Assembly: GCA_030537525.1 (NCBI GenBank)
Contig: JAUNVU010000001.1
Coordinates: 84,187 to 148,186 of the forward strand
Reading direction: 5' to 3'
From: Eubacteriales bacterium
Lineage (GTDB): Bacteria; Bacillota; Clostridia; Saccharofermentanales; DTU023
DNA length: 64,000 nt
In this document: piece by piece, positions 1-7,992 of the stretch
How the letters are laid out: each line of letters begins with the position of its first letter
Numbering within the stretch: position 1 is the first letter of the stretch
Translations under genes and position numbers: made by a program
Notes under the pieces: model-generated
The model's database searches: none
Seen by the model: the letters and a program-made list of their open reading frames with translations, nothing else
Told to the model about the DNA's origin: nothing

Positions 1-187
1 TATCAGCGAGCACAATACTCAACTCTTCATTGCAGCTGGTCGTAGACTCTATATATACAATCTTGCCAGAGGTGAGATACAGGCTGAGGTCAAGCTTGGT
101 GATGAGGCAATGGCACTAAGTTTTGGCAGCGATGGTATAGTCTATTTACTGACGGCGACTGGTGTTCACAAGTTAATTTTGTCCTAG
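1..187 (+). CDS. 3' end of a hypothetical protein (partial; beta-strand-rich, possibly propeller-like)
   Basis: Frame 2 is open from the window start (ISEHNTQLFIAAGRRLYIYNL...VHKLILS) to TAG at 185-187, followed by the SD of the next gene. Confidence 0.6.
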   Translation, partial: ISEHNTQLFIAAGRRLYIYNLARGEIQAEVKLGDEAMALSFGSDGIVYLLTATGVHKLILS

Positions 188-199
188 TTGGAGTATTAG

Positions 200-1132
200 A
201 TGAAAATTAAGGCATTAATTAATCCAAACGCAGGTAGGCTGGGAATGGCCAATAGTTTAATTCGCGGCTTACAAGATTTTCAAAGGAATGGCTTGATCCG
301 CACTCTTGAAATCATCCAGACCAAGTCGGAGGCTGACGCGAGATTTGAAGTTATAGGTTCCGATCATGCTGGCTTTGACTGCCTATTAGTAGCAGGTGGT
401 GATGGTACTGTAAACAATGTAGTCAACGGTATTATGGAAGCAGGGCATAAAATTCCCTTGCTGATCTGTGCAGCAGGAACAGTCAATGACTTTGGCGTTG
501 CCAATTCTCTGCCACAGGATATGCGCGAATTAGAAGAACTTCTAAAAAATCATACAGTAATTCCTGTAGATGTCGGAGTCGCCAATGACAGACATTTTTT
601 AAATGTTGCCGCTGGGGGCTTCTTGAGCGAAATTTCCTTCATTACTCCGCGGAATATGAAGATGGTTTTGGGCCAATTTGCCTACTATCTAACGGCAATT
701 TTCAATATACAGCAGATTTTTACACCTTATCGAATTCGCATTCAAGGGGAAGACTTTGACATTGAAGATGATTTCTTATTCTTTACCTTCGGTAATTGTG
801 AATCGGTAGGTGGATTTAGAAATCTGGTACCAGAGGCCGATGTTCAGGATGGTAAGTTCGACTTGCTCTGCCTCCGGGGCGACCCAGATTATCTGAAACC
901 CAATATCATCCCGCTATTGATGGATGTTTTAAATGGCGAGCATCTATCACATCCAGCAATTTTCCATCGCCAGAGCAGTTTTTTACGAATTGAAAGTGAG
1001 CGGGAAATTATTGTTGATCTCGACGGAGAGGAAGGTCCGAAACTTCCAGTTAATATAGAAGTTAAACCACGAGCACTGAATTTGCTTGTGCCGCGCAGCT
1101 CAATACCTGAAAGTAAATTAGAATTAGTATAA
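200..1132 (+). CDS. Diacylglycerol kinase family lipid kinase (YegS/BmrU/DgkB-like)
   Basis: INPNAG, GGDGT, AGTVNDF and DLDGE motifs; GGAG SD. Confidence 0.9.
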   Translation: MKIKALINPNAGRLGMANSLIRGLQDFQRNGLIRTLEIIQTKSEADARFEVIGSDHAGFDCLLVAGGDGTVNNVVNGIMEAGHKIPLLICAAGTVNDFGVANSLPQDMRELEELLKNHTVIPVDVGVANDRHFLNVAAGGFLSEISFITPRNMKMVLGQFAYYLTAIFNIQQIFTPYRIRIQGEDFDIEDDFLFFTFGNCESVGGFRNLVPEADVQDGKFDLLCLRGDPDYLKPNIIPLLMDVLNGEHLSHPAIFHRQSSFLRIESEREIIVDLDGEEGPKLPVNIEVKPRALNLLVPRSSIPESKLELV

Positions 1133-1155
1133 GATATGCGAAGGAGGATGTAGAA

Positions 1156-1641
1156 ATGCGTAGACTACAAGAATCTGGTGAAAATTATCTGGAAAACATT
1201 CTGATCTTGGAGAAACGTTTAGGAAATGTACGCTCGGTAGACTTGGCTCGGGAAATGGGCTTCTCTAAGCCCTCGGTTTCCAGAGCTATCCACCTACTGC
1301 AAGACAAAGGCTATCTACAAATGGTAGATGGTGGCTATCTTAAATTAACTGAGGCTGGGCGAGCGCTAGCAGAAATGATCTATGACCGACATATTTTCTT
1401 AACTCAATACCTGATGGGCCTAGGAGTGCCAGAAGAGATTGCTGCTGAGGACGCCTGTCGTATGGAGCATATAATTTCCGAAGAATCCATAGAGAGATTG
1501 CGACAGCATGTGACGTTTTGCACCTTTAAATGTCCAGCTGCGCGCTCCGATCGTCGCTTCTTCGACTTTAACGTCCAACGCTATATTGAAGAGTCACCAA
1601 ATCCAGCTGAATTGCTAGTCGAAGCCCAAGACCAAGAGTAG
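1156..1641 (+). CDS. DtxR/MntR family metal-dependent transcriptional regulator
   Basis: ESGENYLE start, HTH (RSVDLA...SKPSVS), EDACRMEH motif; AAGGAGG SD. Confidence 0.9.
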   Translation: MRRLQESGENYLENILILEKRLGNVRSVDLAREMGFSKPSVSRAIHLLQDKGYLQMVDGGYLKLTEAGRALAEMIYDRHIFLTQYLMGLGVPEEIAAEDACRMEHIISEESIERLRQHVTFCTFKCPAARSDRRFFDFNVQRYIEESPNPAELLVEAQDQE

Positions 1642-3603
1642 CTAATCCAGACTTTCTAGGATTTCAGCGAGTTTCAAGTAGAGTTCTTCAAGTTCTTCTT
1701 CATGGGCTTGTAAGAGGGCATAGTCATGGTAAATTTCGCTAGATTTAGCCGAGCTGAAAGTTTCTTCCATAAGCTCTTTTTTGAGATTAATCTTATCTAG
1801 TCTATCTAAAATTTCACGATCAATGCTTCTGGCCTTTGCCTTAAATTGTCTAAGCTCAGCTGGGCGCCTTAAAGATTTTGGCAAAAGCCCCAGCTCGGGG
1901 CAGAGTTTCAATTCGTTTTCTTTCCAGGATAGTTCAGTTGTGCCGTCCTCTATCAACTTTTTTGGCTCAATAGTTTTAGTTTCACTTGGACTATCTCGTT
2001 CGGTATTTAGTAAGTGATCTCTATAATCATCCCAGGAATTGTAGTTTCTAAACTCCCCTTCCTTGAAGCCGATAACCCTGGCCTCTAATTTCTCAATAAA
2101 GTGCCTGTCGTGAGAAATTGTGAGGATAGCACCAGAGAAATTACTCAGAGCCTCTTCTAAAACTTCTTTTGACTTCAGATCCAGATGATTAGTAGGCTCA
2201 TCTAAGACTAATAGGTCAGGTTTGGTCAGCAGTTTCAGCAGGAGTTTAAGTCTACTGCGCTCTCCGCCAGAAAGCTCAATTAATTTTTTAAAAACCTCCT
2301 GATCGTAAAAGGCAAAGCGTGCCAGATATGATCTAGCTTCAGTTTCAGAGCTATTTGGAAAGTGTCTTAAAAACTCCTCGAGAATTGTTATTTGCTCATT
2401 ATCAAAAAGCACATGTTGATCGAGAGTGGCGTATTTTAGCTTGTCGCCATATTTGATTTCAGCGCTGGCCTCTGGTAGTTCTTCAAAAATCGCCTTGATG
2501 ATAGAAGTCTTACCGCAGGCGTTGGGTCCCGCAATAACAATTCGCTCGCCGACTCTGACAACAAGATCTAGAGGAGAGAATAAGGGACCATTGCCGTAGT
2601 CTATTTTGAGTTCATCGACCTTTAAAAGAACGCGCTCACTCCGCTTGCCATCGAGTTCTCGTTTGACCTCGAAATTAATCTTGACCTCTGGCCGTTTAGA
2701 ACGAGTTTCTAATTCCTGAATTTGCTGACTGAGCTTATCTACTCGTTTCTGGCGCGAGTGGTAGCCTGAGATATTACGATGTGAAAAAAGCGTTTGTGTA
2801 ATCTCTTGTTCTTTTTTCAATTCCTGTTTCAGCTTGCTGATTTGAGTTCTAAGAGCGTCATTTTGAGTGTTCTCCCAGCTTAGTCTAGTGGAGTAGTTAC
2901 CAGTTAATTTGTGTAGCCGATGTCCGACAATGCTTACTGTCGTAGTGGCCACCTTATCAATTAAGTGTCGATCATGAGAGACGAAGATCAAGCTGCGATT
3001 GTAATTCTTCAAGTATTCTTCAAGCCACTCAACAGCAGCGATATCAAGATGATTTGAAGGTTCATCGAGGATTAAGACATCAGCTCTTGAAGAGAGGACT
3101 CTAGCTAGCTCAGCACGCATGCGCTCGCCACCTGATAAATTTTTCAGCGGCTCAGTCAGCTTAACTCTGGGCAGCCCGAGTCTCTCCGCATTAGCGTAAA
3201 ACTCATCAAGTGCATCATAGGCGCCCAGACTATTGAATTTAGCAGTAGCCTGATCGTAGGCAGGGAGCAGCTGTGACTGGCCTGCGGCAATTAAATCGCT
3301 TAGTTCATGAATTTTGGCTTCAACGATTTTCGTTGGATGCAAGTCCAAGGCGCAAGACTCTAATATATCGGGATTGAGCTGTTGGGCGAGATACTCAAAG
3401 ACAATATTGTTGGCCCATTTAACTGCAGGCTTAGCCTGATCGCCTGTTTCCTGTCCGACTAAAATCTTTAACAGAGTGGTCTTACCACTGCCATTTGATC
3501 CCAATATGGCGACTTTCTCGCCCTCGAGAATTTGCAGGCTCGCAGCTACGAAAAGAAGGCGGTCCCCATATGATTTGTACAGATTGTCAACTTCTAGAAT
3601 CAC
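1642..3603 (-). CDS. ABC-F family ATPase (ribosome-associated, two NBDs)
   Basis: Walker A motifs GSNGSGKT and GPNACGKT, two LSGGE signatures, DEPSNHLD/DEPTNHLD, no TM segments; GTG start. Confidence 0.9.
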   Translation of the reverse strand: MILEVDNLYKSYGDRLLFVAASLQILEGEKVAILGSNGSGKTTLLKILVGQETGDQAKPAVKWANNIVFEYLAQQLNPDILESCALDLHPTKIVEAKIHELSDLIAAGQSQLLPAYDQATAKFNSLGAYDALDEFYANAERLGLPRVKLTEPLKNLSGGERMRAELARVLSSRADVLILDEPSNHLDIAAVEWLEEYLKNYNRSLIFVSHDRHLIDKVATTTVSIVGHRLHKLTGNYSTRLSWENTQNDALRTQISKLKQELKKEQEITQTLFSHRNISGYHSRQKRVDKLSQQIQELETRSKRPEVKINFEVKRELDGKRSERVLLKVDELKIDYGNGPLFSPLDLVVRVGERIVIAGPNACGKTSIIKAIFEELPEASAEIKYGDKLKYATLDQHVLFDNEQITILEEFLRHFPNSSETEARSYLARFAFYDQEVFKKLIELSGGERSRLKLLLKLLTKPDLLVLDEPTNHLDLKSKEVLEEALSNFSGAILTISHDRHFIEKLEARVIGFKEGEFRNYNSWDDYRDHLLNTERDSPSETKTIEPKKLIEDGTTELSWKENELKLCPELGLLPKSLRRPAELRQFKAKARSIDREILDRLDKINLKKELMEETFSSAKSSEIYHDYALLQAHEEELEELYLKLAEILESLD

Positions 3604-3609
3604 TGTCCC

Positions 3610-3638
3610 ATCATAGTGGAAGCCAGAGAATTACTCAA
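3610..3638 (-). promoter_or_regulatory. SigA-type promoter for the ABC-F gene (predicts a leaderless transcript)
   Basis: Minus strand reads TTGAGT-17 nt-TATGAT-GGGACA-GTG. Confidence 0.65.
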
Positions 3639-3661
3639 TCTTCAAATTTGGCGGCAAGGGC

Positions 3662-3690
3662 TTGCAGAGCAAATTCACTCGTGTTATCAT
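3662..3690 (+). promoter_or_regulatory. SigA-type promoter for tRNA-Gln
   Basis: TTGCAG-17 nt-TATCAT with extended TG; divergent from the ABC-F promoter. Confidence 0.65.
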
Positions 3691-3712
3691 TCAGTCTGTC
3701 GTCAAGACACAT

Positions 3713-3786
3713 AGCCGAATAGTGTAACGGTAGCACACCTGACTCTGACTCAGTTAGCCTAGGTTCGAATCCTAGTTCGGCTGCCA
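3713..3786 (+). tRNA. tRNA-Gln(CTG)
   Basis: Acceptor AGCCGAA/TTCGGCT, G73, encoded CCA; D arm GTG..CAC; anticodon loop CT-CTG-AC; T arm CTAGG-TTCGAAT-CCTAG. Confidence 0.93.
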
Positions 3787-3790
3787 AATG

Positions 3791-3830
3791 AGACCCCAGT
3801 AGCTAAGCTTCTGGGGTTTTTGTTTTTTTA
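3791..3830 (+). terminator. Intrinsic terminator after tRNA-Gln
   Basis: AGACCCCAG/CTGGGGTTT stem followed by T tract. Confidence 0.75.
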
Positions 3831-3907
3831 TAGTCAACTTTTTATTTTTCTCTGAGATTATTAAATGGGGGATAGAGTGATAGAACACAAGAAGACTTGA
3901 AAGATTA

Positions 3908-3936
3908 TTGATTTGGCCAAGACAGCTTGCTAGAAT
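3908..3936 (+). promoter_or_regulatory. Promoter of the alanine/glycine symporter
   Basis: TTGATT-17 nt-TAGAAT with extended TG. Confidence 0.55.
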
Positions 3937-3994
3937 TTTAACAGACTTCAGAGTACGTCTCGACTCTGAACAGGGGATAAGAAAGAGGTAAGAG

Positions 3995-5371
3995 ATGTTA
4001 GAATTCATCAATAGTATAGATAGCGTACTGGGTGGCATCATTCTAATTGTCATGCTATTTGGCTGCGGTATCTTCTTCACCATCGCCCTGAGAGGGGTTC
4101 AATTCCGCTATTTCTTCAAGGCCTTTAAATTAATGTTTACAGGCTCAGGACGTCAGGAAGAGGGAGGTCTGTCCTCATTCCAGGCTCTATCAACGGCAGT
4201 AGCGGCACAAGTTGGTACAGGTAATGTGGGAGGCGTGGCCACAGCCATTGCAACTGGTGGACCTGGTGCTATCTTCTGGATGTGGATAACTGCAATCCTT
4301 GGCATGCCAACGATTTTTGCTGAAGCTGTTCTTGCTCAGGCATATCGTCAGCGCAAGGATGGCATCCTAGTCGGTGGTCCCGCCTATTATATTTCCAGAG
4401 GTCTTGGGCAGAAGAACAGGACATTAGGTAAAGTACTGGCAGGTATTTTTGCTGTAGCAATCATCCTGGCCTTGGGTTTTGCTGGCAATATGGTGCAAGC
4501 TAACTCGATATCACTGGCCGTAAATAATTCATTTGGTATTCCCAAATGGGTAATTGGTGCCTTTCTCGCAATCTTAGCTGCGAGTATTTTTATTGGTGGT
4601 GTCAAGCGTATTGGCCGTTTTGCTGAACTCGTAGTCCCATTCATGGCAGTAGTCTACATCATTGCTGCCATTGTACTTTTGTTTAAGTTTAGGACACATA
4701 TAGGAACAGCTTTCGGAGAGATCATCCATGGTGCCTTTAACCCTACTGCCGCGGCAGGTGGTTTCGCTGGTGCTGTAGTGCGCCAGGCGATACGTCTAGG
4801 TGTGCAGCGTGGTCTATTCTCCAATGAAGCTGGTATGGGTTCAACTCCTCATGCTCACGCCGTGGCAAATGTCAATCACCCAGCCGAGCAGGGCTTAATT
4901 GCTTTCTGCGGTGTTTTCATCGACACAGTACTAATTTGTTCTGCTACCGCTTTGGCTATTTTGGTCACTGATTCATACAAGGTTGCAGGTCTTGAGAGTG
5001 TTGAGATCACTCAGAAGGCATTTGAAACTGGCTTCGGCACGATCGGTGCAAGCTTATTGGCCATCTGCTTAACCTTCTTTGCCTTCACGACAATCATTGG
5101 CTGGTACTATTTCGGAGAGTCAAATATCGTTTATCTTTTCGGAAATAAGGGCTTAATGCCATATCGTGTGCTCGTTATAGCGGCGATAGTCTTTGGTGCT
5201 ATGACTAAGGTGGAATTGGTTTGGGCTCTAAACGCACTACTAAATAACCTAATGGTCTATCCAAACGTCATCGCGCTTGTGCTCCTTGCACCTATGGTCA
5301 TCCATATTTACAAGGATTACAATAAGTGCCTCAAGAAGGGTATAGTTGATTTCAATTACGAACAACAATAG
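3995..5371 (+). CDS. Sodium:alanine/glycine symporter (AGCS/AlsT family)
   Basis: GTGNVGGVATAI, GGPAYY and GLFSNEAGMGS motifs; many TM helices. Confidence 0.92.
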   Translation: MLEFINSIDSVLGGIILIVMLFGCGIFFTIALRGVQFRYFFKAFKLMFTGSGRQEEGGLSSFQALSTAVAAQVGTGNVGGVATAIATGGPGAIFWMWITAILGMPTIFAEAVLAQAYRQRKDGILVGGPAYYISRGLGQKNRTLGKVLAGIFAVAIILALGFAGNMVQANSISLAVNNSFGIPKWVIGAFLAILAASIFIGGVKRIGRFAELVVPFMAVVYIIAAIVLLFKFRTHIGTAFGEIIHGAFNPTAAAGGFAGAVVRQAIRLGVQRGLFSNEAGMGSTPHAHAVANVNHPAEQGLIAFCGVFIDTVLICSATALAILVTDSYKVAGLESVEITQKAFETGFGTIGASLLAICLTFFAFTTIIGWYYFGESNIVYLFGNKGLMPYRVLVIAAIVFGAMTKVELVWALNALLNNLMVYPNVIALVLLAPMVIHIYKDYNKCLKKGIVDFNYEQQ

Positions 5372-5394
5372 CCTCCATTTTAATTAAGTGAAAG

Positions 5395-5427
5395 AGCCTG
5401 GCCCATATCCCCGCCAGGCTTTTCTTT
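5395..5427 (+). terminator. Intrinsic terminator
   Basis: AGCCTGGC/GCCAGGCT stem plus T-rich tail. Confidence 0.75.
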
Positions 5428-5456
5428 ATTTGATAAACTAATGCTGGAGGTAGTTC

Positions 5457-6137
5457 ATGCAGAGAATATTTATAGTAGAAGACGACTTTGACTTAGCTGA
5501 CGGAATGGCTGAATTTTTAATCAAGGAAGGCTATGCAGTTGACTATTGTCGCGACTTCGAAAATGTTGAGAGGGCTGTCGATGAATTTTCACCAGACCTA
5601 CTATTACTCGATTTAAATCTCCCTGAATTTACTGGCTATCATTGGTGTTCACAGCTTCGCTCTAAAAGTCAGATACCGATCATGATCATTTCGGGCAACA
5701 CGGAAGATATCCGTCAAGAAATTGCCCTTGAATTAGGTGCTGATGACTATCTGGAGAAGCCGTTTTCTCTTTCTTTATTACTGGCAAAAGTTAAGGCCCT
5801 GCTGAGAAGAAGTTATGTTTACGAGTTAGGAGACAAGAAGACACTCTCACATCTTGGTTTAGAGCTTAATCTCGCAGCTGCCACAGTCGCCTACGAGGGT
5901 AGACAGGAGGAGTTATCTCAAAATGAATTGCGGATAATGGCCATGCTCTTAGAGGCGGCTGGTAATTATGTCAGCAGTGAGAAATTGGTTGAGTCTTTAT
6001 GGGGTCAGAGTGATTTCGTTTCGGAAAATACTTTGGCTGTTAATATCTCAAGGATTCGAAAGAAAATCTTGAAGCTTACCACGAATATCAGTGTGGTAAA
6101 TCGCAAAGGAATAGGCTATGCAGTTCAGAGAGTGTAA
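5457..6137 (+). CDS. OmpR-family response regulator (BceR/GraR-like)
   Basis: IVEDD, LLDLNLP, GADDYLEKPF, winged HTH; context of kinase plus ABC transporter. Confidence 0.9.
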   Translation: MQRIFIVEDDFDLADGMAEFLIKEGYAVDYCRDFENVERAVDEFSPDLLLLDLNLPEFTGYHWCSQLRSKSQIPIMIISGNTEDIRQEIALELGADDYLEKPFSLSLLLAKVKALLRRSYVYELGDKKTLSHLGLELNLAAATVAYEGRQEELSQNELRIMAMLLEAAGNYVSSEKLVESLWGQSDFVSENTLAVNISRIRKKILKLTTNISVVNRKGIGYAVQRV

Positions 6138-7143
6138 ATTTGAGCGAAAGAGATATTTTAGAATGAGATCGGGCCTCATTGCTTTTCTATGTCTCTTAGG
6201 AGTGGTCTTTTATATTTTCCTCTGGATTCTGCGAGTCCCAAGCGAAGCGGCTATTTACTTCAGCTTGGTTTACTTGCTTTTTGCTGTTTTGTACATAGCA
6301 GTGGATTATTATCTTACGAGAAGACAGTATCTCGCGATAATGAATTTTTCGAAAGATTTTAACTGGCAGCATCTGCAAAATATTCGAGCTATTGACAATC
6401 TCAATTTAGGGCTCCTCTATGAACTCTTATATGAGCGTGAAGCAAGACAGAAGGTAGTAGTAGAGGTCAAGGCAAATGAGCGGCGTTATCGAGATTACTT
6501 TAGCCTCTGGCTGCATCGAATCAAGAATCCTCTGGCTGTCTTGCGTATTCAAAACGAATTACAGAGTAGTCCTCGTCAAGAGATCATTGAGCGCAATCTA
6601 ATAGCAGTCGAACGTTACGTTGGCCTGGCTTTTGCCTATGTCAAGATGCAGGGAGCTGAAGATGATCTCGACTTACGTAATTTTGAATTAAAGGAGTTAG
6701 TAGAGTCAGTAATTAAGAGGCTTGCCGACTATCAGCAGATGCAAGCTGTGACTCTTAAGCTTAGTCTAGAACCCACAGCTGTGCTAGCTGACCAGAGCCG
6801 GCTCGCAGTCGCCCTCGAGGAATTTTTAAATAATGCCTATAAATACGGTCGTGGAGGACAAGTCGTGCTTGACTTGAAAAACTACATTTTAGAAATCTCC
6901 GATGAGGGCCCAGGGATGTCTGAAGTAGAAATGGAAAAAGTCGGACGCTTCGCTTATAGTGCGGCAAAGATTGAAAAACAAAGCGAGTCTACGGGCTTAG
7001 GCTTATATTTGGCAAAAGTCTTCCTCAGCGACCTGAACGTCGGCTACGATCTGGGACGTTCTGAGAGCGGCGGACTCAAGGTGACCTTGGATTTGAGCTC
7101 GCTTAAGGCCGATTCTTACAAGAATGTAAGTATTCACGACTGA
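6118..7143 (+). CDS. Intramembrane-sensing histidine kinase (BceS-like); start uncertain
   Basis: Two closely spaced TM helices, WLHRIKNPL H-box, NAYKY, DEGPG, TGLGLY. Confidence 0.85.
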   Translation: MQFRECKFERKRYFRMRSGLIAFLCLLGVVFYIFLWILRVPSEAAIYFSLVYLLFAVLYIAVDYYLTRRQYLAIMNFSKDFNWQHLQNIRAIDNLNLGLLYELLYEREARQKVVVEVKANERRYRDYFSLWLHRIKNPLAVLRIQNELQSSPRQEIIERNLIAVERYVGLAFAYVKMQGAEDDLDLRNFELKELVESVIKRLADYQQMQAVTLKLSLEPTAVLADQSRLAVALEEFLNNAYKYGRGGQVVLDLKNYILEISDEGPGMSEVEMEKVGRFAYSAAKIEKQSESTGLGLYLAKVFLSDLNVGYDLGRSESGGLKVTLDLSSLKADSYKNVSIHD

Positions 7144-7150
7144 TAGTCAG
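7115..7150 (+). promoter_or_regulatory. BceR/GraR-type response regulator binding site (main site plus degenerate secondary site)
   Basis: CTTACA-N4-TGTAAG at 7115-7130, weaker GAC-N5-GTC at 7138-7148, -10 TACAAT at 7184-7189 with no good -35. Confidence 0.75.
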
Positions 7151-7229
7151 CTTAGATAGAAGAATAAGGTTCTCCGCGGCTAATACAATAGGTGTAGATT
7201 AATTGCTAAGGCAGAGAAAGGATCTAGCC

Positions 7230-7991
7230 ATGGAGAATATTCTAGAACTAAGAGAAGTCCAAAAGGATTATAGAATACGAGGTCAGCAGAATGTGCTACC
7301 CGTCTTACGAGGTGTCAATTTAAGAGTCGCCCCTGGCGAATTCGTCGTCATCATGGGTGAGTCGGGTTCTGGTAAGACGACGCTTCTAAATATGGTCGCA
7401 ACCCTCGACCAGCCAAGTGCTGGTCAGATCTTGTATGAAGGTAGCGACATTTCCAGACTGAATAATAGCGAACTTTCTACTTTTAGAAGGCAGAAGCTCG
7501 GTTTCGTCTTTCAAGATTACAACCTACTTGATCAATTTGATATCGCAGATAATATACGCCTTCCGATGATCCTTGAACGGATGGAGAGTGGTGAGCGTGA
7601 GCGCCGTCTACAGCACTTCATGCGGGCGCTGCGCATTGAAAATAAGGCGGACAAATATCCCTACCAGCTATCTGGTGGTGAGCGTCAGAGAGTAGCCATT
7701 GCTCGCGCACTCGTGATGCAACCACTGCTCCTGCTGGCAGATGAGCCAACAGGCGCTCTAGATTCCCGCAATGCCGACCACCTATTAGAACTCTTCGAGG
7801 GTCTCAATAACAGCGGTCAAACTATTCTGATGGTTACGCACTCCATTAGAGCAGCAGCCCACGGTAAGCGCGCCTTGTTTTTAAAGGATGGCCGTATCTA
7901 CTACGAGCTCTATAGAGGTAAGCAGTCAGTAAGTGAATTTAGAGAAAAGATTGCCGAAGCTATGGCTCTGCTCGACAGACAAGGAGTCTAG
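7230..7991 (+). CDS. ABC transporter ATP-binding protein (BceA-like)
   Basis: GESGSGKT, LSGGE, DEPTGALD; ATG 7230 follows GAAAGGA SD. Confidence 0.9.
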   Translation: MENILELREVQKDYRIRGQQNVLPVLRGVNLRVAPGEFVVIMGESGSGKTTLLNMVATLDQPSAGQILYEGSDISRLNNSELSTFRRQKLGFVFQDYNLLDQFDIADNIRLPMILERMESGERERRLQHFMRALRIENKADKYPYQLSGGERQRVAIARALVMQPLLLLADEPTGALDSRNADHLLELFEGLNNSGQTILMVTHSIRAAAHGKRALFLKDGRIYYELYRGKQSVSEFREKIAEAMALLDRQGV

Positions 7992-7992
7992 C

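Noticed and set aside
3937-3994. Glycine riboswitch upstream of the alanine/glycine symporter
   Set aside because: The leader is about 55 nt with one hairpin (TTCAGAGT/ACTCTGAA); aptamer motifs are absent
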